This document shows, one piece after another, positions 58,673 to 64,000 of a stretch of DNA of 64,000 nucleotides. A program made the position numbers and the translations under genes. The stretch lies in assembly GCA_050287085.1 (NCBI GenBank), contig JBNKBE010000003.1, forward strand, positions 239,350-303,349, read 5' to 3'. Under the pieces are notes generated by a model. That model had not been told where the DNA came from, made no database searches, and saw nothing but the letters and a program-made list of their open reading frames with translations. This DNA is from Polyangiaceae bacterium (GTDB taxonomy: Bacteria > Myxococcota_A > Polyangia > Polyangiales > Polyangiaceae). How positions within the stretch are numbered: the stretch's first letter is position 1; the number at the start of each line of letters is the position of its first letter.

Positions 58673-59062
58673 ATGCAACGATCAATCTACAGCGGCCCCG
58701 CCCGGGTCGAGGAGTTGGCCGACATCCTCTACGCCTCTGGACACGACGCACTTGTGGACGAACGGCGAAACGAAGCTCTCAACCACTTCTCCCGCCTAAC
58801 ACAAGTCTGCCCCCGCGACGAACGCGGGTGGCTCGGGGTTGGCGCGTGTATGGAGCAAGCGGGGGACAATCAGCGTGCCTGCGTCGCCTACTCCTTCGGG
58901 AGTGTACTGGCCCCCAGTCTATTCTGTCACCTAGGACAGGCTCGAACCCTCGCGAAGCTGGGCAGGCGACGGGAGGCGGAGCGAGCGCTGGACGCAGCGG
59001 AGCTACTCGCCGAAGGTACTGCCCAGGTGGCGCTCGTTGAAGAAGTTCGAGGTGGGTTGTGA
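58673..59062 (+). CDS. sycD: Class II T3SS translocator chaperone (SycD/LcrH-like TPR protein)
   Basis: RBS AAGGAGG; about 3 TPRs; 'LYASG...EALNHF..L....PRDERGWLGVGAC....GD...A...YSFG' parallels SycD 'DSRFFLGLGACRQAMGQYDLAIHSYSYG'. Confidence 0.78.
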   Translation: MQRSIYSGPARVEELADILYASGHDALVDERRNEALNHFSRLTQVCPRDERGWLGVGACMEQAGDNQRACVAYSFGSVLAPSLFCHLGQARTLAKLGRRREAERALDAAELLAEGTAQVALVEEVRGGL

Positions 59063-60225
59063 ACGCTCCTCGCATCGACGGTGCCAGCACGAACCACGCT
59101 CGCTCGCTGCCACCCGGTGTGCAGAGGGATCCACTGGGTGCGGTAGCGCTTCCCGCGCCCAATGCGTGTCTACCACGAACGATGGACGCCCTCGGCGCAA
59201 TGATGTCGCTGAGCCAGGAGATGTCGTCGCTTGGCCTTCATGATAGTCTTTCAGACATACAGAGCACCCGCGCCAAGCAACGGGAGGCCCACGAGGCGCT
59301 AATGCGCAAGCTGGACGAACTTGCCGCCAAGGCAAAGGCGTCAGAAAAGGACTCCGGTTGGGGCTGGCTCGGCTTCGTCGGCGAAGCATTCGAAACGTGT
59401 CTGTCTGTCGTTGCGCGCCTGCAAGAAACCACCGTTGACATGGTGAGAGCTCCCCTCGACGTCGCTGTGGGGCTGTGCCAGGGCGGCAACCTGAAGCAGT
59501 TGCTCGATAAAGAGCTGAGCGATCTCCAGACGACCGGGAAATTCTCCAAGACCACGGTTGAGGCCGTGCGCGGAGTTGTCCGCTTTGTGGCTGACACGAT
59601 GGAAGCCGGATTTGAGTTCGGCAAGGCGATGGCCGACGGGAAACCACTAGGAGAGGCTTTGAAAACCTTGGGCCGAGGTATTTGGGAGGCTGCTTCCAAC
59701 AACCTGCTGGAAAACGAGAGCTTCATGAACGTCGTCCAACTCGCCGGATTCGCGCTGTCGACGCTGACCGGAGGACTTGCAGCGCCGCTCGTACTCGGTG
59801 CCGTATACCTTGAGTCGAAGCTCCAACTACTCGACAAAGTCGCACCGGAAAGCGCGCTGCCGTGGGTGCGCATGGGCGTCGCATTGGCGACGATCGTCTT
59901 CGTGGGTACGTCGGGGGACGAGGCCTCTGTGTTCAAGGGCCTCGAAGACGTGGCCCGAGCCGTTAACATTACGGCGTCCGGTCTTTCCGCGCTAGGCGGA
60001 CTGCGTCACATCGAATTGGCCCAGAAGGAGCGCGCCGTTGACCGAGTCAACATCGACATCGCCGCCCTCCTGCAGAAACAAGCACTGCTCGAGAGGGTGC
60101 TCTCGGATCTGCTCAGGAGTACGGAAGAGCGAGTCGACGACCGAAGCCGGACGCACCAGACCCTCGCCAACGCGGCGCAGCTCAGTGGCTCCGCCATGGA
60201 AGCGAGTGCAATGCTAACGGCTTAA
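59059..60225 (+). CDS. sctE: Putative major T3SS translocator (SctE; YopB/SseC-like)
   Basis: GTGA-coupled to the chaperone; N-terminal 'VALPAP'; coiled coil ending 'AKASEKDSGWGWLG'; two hydrophobic segments; C-terminal coiled coil. Confidence 0.7.
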   Translation: MNAPRIDGASTNHARSLPPGVQRDPLGAVALPAPNACLPRTMDALGAMMSLSQEMSSLGLHDSLSDIQSTRAKQREAHEALMRKLDELAAKAKASEKDSGWGWLGFVGEAFETCLSVVARLQETTVDMVRAPLDVAVGLCQGGNLKQLLDKELSDLQTTGKFSKTTVEAVRGVVRFVADTMEAGFEFGKAMADGKPLGEALKTLGRGIWEAASNNLLENESFMNVVQLAGFALSTLTGGLAAPLVLGAVYLESKLQLLDKVAPESALPWVRMGVALATIVFVGTSGDEASVFKGLEDVARAVNITASGLSALGGLRHIELAQKERAVDRVNIDIAALLQKQALLERVLSDLLRSTEERVDDRSRTHQTLANAAQLSGSAMEASAMLTA

Positions 60226-60266
60226 CAGACAACGAAGTTCTCCTAATGACCAAAGGATAATGAAAC

Positions 60267-60878
60267 ATGAATTCCATAGCATCAGCTGCACTCAGCGGGA
60301 CCGTCCTCCTTCCCTCACGTGAGGAGCTCGCCGCCCGCTTCGGAGGTGATAGCTCCGCACAGATGGCGGCAGTCCTGTTTCTGGCAAATCAAGAACGGCG
60401 CCTCGACTCAGGACAAGAACGAGCGCTGCAAGAAGAACAGATTGGAAAGCACAATGAGAAGCAGCTCAGCGCCCTCAGACAGGCAGCCCAAGACCACTAC
60501 GAAGCAGCGGTGGCGGAAGGGGTGAGTCAAGTCGCGTCTGGAAGCATTTCCATCGCCGGGGCCGCTATTCGATTCAACGGCAGCGACTTCATGAAGAAAT
60601 ATGGTCAGCGACTCGAACGCTGCGCCACTGGGGCCAGCACCGGCGCGACCGGGACTGGCAAGCTATTGGCCGCCGACGCCACTAGTAGTGCCGGATATGC
60701 AGCAGCCACAGCGACCCAACAAGAACAACTTGCCGACGTCGAAGAACGCGTTCTAGACCGGCTACGCGACGAAACGGCCGACGTCCGAGAGCTGGACGAG
60801 AAGGTATTGGACTTCCTGCAGTCGGCTCAACAAGCCAAGGCCGCCGCAGAAGCGGCGCCGTGGGCCGTAAGAGGCTAA
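60267..60878 (+). CDS. sctB: Putative minor T3SS translocator (SctB; YopD/SseD-like)
   Basis: RBS AAGGA; 203 aa; coiled coil, one Ala/Gly/Ser-rich hydrophobic segment 'AAVAEGVSQVASGSISIAGAAI', amphipathic C-terminus 'KVLDFLQSAQQAKAAA'. Confidence 0.65.
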   Translation: MNSIASAALSGTVLLPSREELAARFGGDSSAQMAAVLFLANQERRLDSGQERALQEEQIGKHNEKQLSALRQAAQDHYEAAVAEGVSQVASGSISIAGAAIRFNGSDFMKKYGQRLERCATGASTGATGTGKLLAADATSSAGYAAATATQQEQLADVEERVLDRLRDETADVRELDEKVLDFLQSAQQAKAAAEAAPWAVRG

Positions 60879-60906
60879 CCGCCGGCTTTCGACGCCTCGG
60901 ACGGCG

Positions 60907-61374
60907 TCAGAGCTGCTCGGCAAGATACTTCTTCAGCCCGACGTCTTCTATCAGCTTGAGCTGGGACTGAAGCCAGAAGATGTGGTCGAGCTCTGTGTCT
61001 TTGAGTAGCTTCTCGAGCAAGGCGCGTGTCCCGTTGTCGCCTTCGGCAACACTCAGCGCAATACCCTCGTTTAGAGCACGGGCCACGTCTAACTCGTAGC
61101 CGAGGTCGTTCTCAAGCATCTCTTTAGGGTCTGCGCCCACCTTGAGCTTGACTCGTTCCGTCACATCCGGGACTCCCTCGAGCAGCAATATCCGGGAGAT
61201 CAACTCATCGGCGTGTTGCCGTTCGTCAGAGGCCTCGTGCACCAGCCGCGCCTCAAGCTTGCCATAGCCCCAATCTCCAAACATTCTGCCCTGCACCAGG
61301 TAGATGTCCATGGCGGTCAGCTCGCTCGCAAGCAGCGAATTGAGCATGCTGAGGACTTTCTTGCTTCCGTTCAT
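60907..61374 (-). CDS. bfr: Bacterioferritin-family protein (heme-Met-lacking BfrA/FtnA type)
   Basis: Ferroxidase residues in 'SELTA', 'DERQHAD', 'GYELDV', 'TELDH'. Start ATG 61374. Confidence 0.93.
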   Translation of the reverse strand: MNGSKKVLSMLNSLLASELTAMDIYLVQGRMFGDWGYGKLEARLVHEASDERQHADELISRILLLEGVPDVTERVKLKVGADPKEMLENDLGYELDVARALNEGIALSVAEGDNGTRALLEKLLKDTELDHIFWLQSQLKLIEDVGLKKYLAEQL

Positions 61375-61869
61375 CGCTAGACCTTTCGTTCGGCGCCCAC
61401 TACGCCGCGACACTCTTGACCCTACTGAGTATCTGCCCTCGCAGCCACCGAAGAATCCCCTTCCCGAGACGCCCACAGTGCCAGCTCCCTGAAGGTAGGG
61501 CGACGCGGCGTTTCCCGCAGCCCCTCTTCAACTCTGTGGCCGACAACAACGAGCAACGCGGCGATTTCGCGCCCATTCGGCCCTTGCGTAAGCGCTGGCC
61601 ACTGCCGTATTCGCATCCGCGAGCCCCGTGTGCCACGCCCAGGGTCCGTCCCACGCCGCCACCGAAAACCAACGCCCCAGCCACCACGCCCGCCCCGGCC
61701 AACGTCGCTGCCTGAGCGCGCAGACCGACCTGCAGGCGATTCGGACTCGGGACACGAAACGCACCATTGTGAGACGAGCCACACCGCTAGCCGCACCGGC
61801 TGAATCCGGAGCCTGAACCGCAGAGGGCGAAGACGGAAACATTCGAGAAACCCTGAGCACCGCGCGCGT

Positions 61870-61965
61870 TTCGTATCGTTTTCTAAAGCCCCATTCGGAC
61901 AGATAATTCGTATCGGGAATGCTTCTGAAACAGGTCGTGTTCATTAGTTTCACGGTCGTTTCATT
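61870..61965. promoter_or_regulatory. AT-rich intergenic region with direct and inverted repeats upstream of narK
   Basis: TTCGTATCG twice; TGAAAC-N15-GTTTCA; GGTCGT(G)TTCATT twice, 21 bp apart. Confidence 0.45.
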
Positions 61966-62053
61966 TCACCACTGTGTGCAATCGGTCTTGCCACGCTTCG
62001 ATCCACATGTGAAGCCTAATCCGGCCACAGATGGCCGCATAAAGAGCACACCC

Positions 62054-63523
62054 ATGCACACTCGACTGAACCTCTTCAATCTCAAAGATGGGAAGATTCA
62101 AACGCTCCATTTGGCGTGGTTTGCGTTCTTCCTTACGTTCGTCATCTGGTTCAACCACGCGCCACTTCTGGCCTCGATCAAGACCGCTCTGAACTTGACT
62201 ACCCCACAGGTCAAGGCGCTCATGATCCTAAACGTGGCCCTGACAATCCCAGCGCGTATCGTGGTCGGTATTCTGGTCGATCGCTTTGGTCCGCGTAAGA
62301 CGTTCAGCCTGTTGCTATTTCTTTCAGCGCTGCTCTGCTTCGCCTTCGCCGCCGCCCAAAGCTTTGAGCAACTGGCGTTGTTCCGCTTCATGCTCGGCTT
62401 CGTTGGAGCTGGATTCGTGATCGGTATTCGTCTCGTAGGCGAGTGGTTTCCGGCCAAACAAGTCGGGCTGGCCGAAGGCATCTATGGCGGGTGGGGCAAC
62501 TTCGGCTCTGCGGCTGCGGCCATCACGCTGCCCAGTCTCGCGCTCGCCTTCGGCGGTGATGACGGCTGGCGCTACGCGATGGGCTGCAGCGGCGTGGTGG
62601 CTCTCCTCTATTCCTTCTTGTTCTACGCCAAGGTCCGCGACACGCCCAAGGGCTCAACCTACTTCAAACCCAGGCGAACCGGAGGCCTTGAAGTAACGAG
62701 CAAGGCAGACTTCTACTTCCTCCTGGCCATGAACCTACCGATGTACGCAGCTCTGGCCGTGCTCGCCTGGCGACTCGGGCCAAGTAACCTCGGGCTCCTG
62801 CCCGCGTCGGCCGTGACAGCCTCGTACCTGGCATTGGGCGTATTGTTCGTAGTTCAGACGCGGCAGATCCGACACGTAAACCACGAGATATTCGAACGCG
62901 AACTTCCGCCTGAACGCCGATACAAGTTCAAACAGGTCGCAATTCTCGACGTGGCGTATTTTGTCAGTTTCGGCTCTGAACTCGCCGTCGTGTCCATGCT
63001 GCCACTCTTCTTCATGGATACATTCGCTGGGCTGTCCCAAGCCAAAGCCGCAATGCTCGCCTCCGGTTTCGCGTTCATGAATCTTGCGGCGCGTCCCGGC
63101 GGAGGCTGGTTGTCCGATCGCTTTGGTCGACGCAAGACCATGCTGATACTGATCGGCGGACTCGCCATCGGCTACCTGGTGCTCAGTCGAGTCAGCGGCA
63201 GCTGGCCCATCTTGCTGGCGGTCGTCGCCACGATGTCGTGCTCCTTTTTCGTCCAAGCCGGGGAAGGCGCCGTGTTCTCCATGGTTCCGCTGGTACAACG
63301 GAGAATGACGGGACAGATCGCGGGCATGGCAGGCGCCTACGGAAACGTCGGCGGCGTGGCGTTTCTCACCGTGTTGTCCTTCGTCGACTACTCTACGTTC
63401 TTTCTGGTCATCGGCTGCGCCGCAGCATTGACCTTGGCGATCGTGTGGTTCATGGATGAGCCCAAGGGGCATATGGTAGAGGTGGCCGAAGACGGCACGG
63501 TCCAGCTGCTCGAGGTCGCATAA
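62054..63523 (+). CDS. narK: NarK/NasA-family nitrate/nitrite MFS transporter
   Basis: Nitrate signature '[10 protein letters not shown]', 'TIPAR', '[10 protein letters not shown]', 'GAYGNVG'. Start set at ATG 62054. Confidence 0.93.
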   Translation: MHTRLNLFNLKDGKIQTLHLAWFAFFLTFVIWFNHAPLLASIKTALNLTTPQVKALMILNVALTIPARIVVGILVDRFGPRKTFSLLLFLSALLCFAFAAAQSFEQLALFRFMLGFVGAGFVIGIRLVGEWFPAKQVGLAEGIYGGWGNFGSAAAAITLPSLALAFGGDDGWRYAMGCSGVVALLYSFLFYAKVRDTPKGSTYFKPRRTGGLEVTSKADFYFLLAMNLPMYAALAVLAWRLGPSNLGLLPASAVTASYLALGVLFVVQTRQIRHVNHEIFERELPPERRYKFKQVAILDVAYFVSFGSELAVVSMLPLFFMDTFAGLSQAKAAMLASGFAFMNLAARPGGGWLSDRFGRRKTMLILIGGLAIGYLVLSRVSGSWPILLAVVATMSCSFFVQAGEGAVFSMVPLVQRRMTGQIAGMAGAYGNVGGVAFLTVLSFVDYSTFFLVIGCAAALTLAIVWFMDEPKGHMVEVAEDGTVQLLEVA

Positions 63524-63718
63524 GAATCCAGCTGCTTGCGGTCGTACAAAATAGCGGAGGACAGGACCCCTCGCGCGGCGTACCGTGTTCCTCACGGAGC
63601 ACGCACGAGGGTCCATTCTCAGCTCCGACTCAGTCGCAAGGCCAGCCGCCGAAAGCCGCCGCAGTTCCGCCGCTGCAGTTGCCCCAAAGCGGCTCCAAGA
63701 GATAAGCCAACGAGGGAG

Positions 63719-64000
63719 ATGCTCAAGCTCACAACCGGCCAAGCAACGTCAGCTGGACGCAAGGCACGCAACGAAGACAGCATGGGATTGCTGGTGCCAA
63801 GTGACCCACAATTGCTGGAGATGAAGGGAGCTAGCGCGGTGTTATGCGACGGCGTCAGCGCGGCGGATGGCGGTGCCGTCGCCGCTGAAACGTCGGTGCA
63901 GAACTTCTTAAACGACTACTTCTCCACGCCGGAAACCTGGACCGTGGAGACGTCTGCGCAGAAGGTCTTGTCCGCACTGAATCGCTGGCTCTACAGCCGT
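63719..64000 (+). CDS. PP2C-type phosphatase domain, probably a bifunctional Ser/Thr phosphatase-kinase (3' end truncated)
   Basis: Absent from the ORF track because it has no stop in the window. ATG 63719 reads MLKLTTGQATSAGRKARNEDSMG...AVLCDGVS...NDYFSTPETWTVETSAQKVLSALNRWLYSR. Confidence 0.85.
   Translation, partial: MLKLTTGQATSAGRKARNEDSMGLLVPSDPQLLEMKGASAVLCDGVSAADGGAVAAETSVQNFLNDYFSTPETWTVETSAQKVLSALNRWLYSR

Noticed and set aside
57354..60906. Translocon-like cassette as a mobile island or prophage remnant
   Set aside because: No integrase, transposase, flanking direct repeats or tRNA target seen, and no obvious compositional break by eye.
61400..61953. bfd ferredoxin or another CDS between bfr and narK
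   Set aside because: None of the overlapping ORFs has the CxC...CxxC Bfd pattern or a recognisable domain.
62022..62037. ANTAR-type RNA hairpin in the narK leader (GGCC-ACAGAT-GGCC)
   Set aside because: Only one hexaloop hairpin fits; the required second hairpin and terminator were not found.
63585..63824. 79-aa ORF from the track
   Set aside because: It overlaps the better-supported PP2C frame starting at 63719.

Overview
GC-rich, gene-dense bacterial chromosomal segment. MYXO-CTERM, PEGA, HDOD and Hanks-kinase genes point to Myxococcota, probably Polyangiales-like (inference). Most genes are housekeeping, envelope or signalling: holA (5'-truncated), fabH, a LacI-sensor GGDEF-EAL protein, mltD-glmU, a Pal/OmpA lipoprotein, DegP, an MCP-less cheY-cheA-cheW-cheW-cheR-cheB cluster, dusB, hslR, a Suv3-like helicase, cysH, rdgB, alaA, trkAH, arfB, slt, egtBD, bfr, narK and a 3'-truncated PP2C-type phosphatase. 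The standout is a compact five-gene cassette at 57776-60878. It reads as a stand-alone type III secretion translocon operon (small protein, Bsp22-like tip/filament, SycD-like TPR chaperone, SctE-like and SctB-like translocators), in the same order as lcrGVH-yopBD and sseA-sseB-sscA-sseC-sseD, with no injectisome genes in the window. Other notable items: a probable 6S RNA (about 22894-23078) in an atypical context, a 1722-aa cation-chloride cotransporter fused to a P-loop NTPase and coupled to MscS, and an APS reductase with an N-terminal CxxC redoxin-like domain and a structured leader. No CRISPR array, tRNA, rRNA or transposase was recognised. All family calls come from motif recognition by eye, not database searches.
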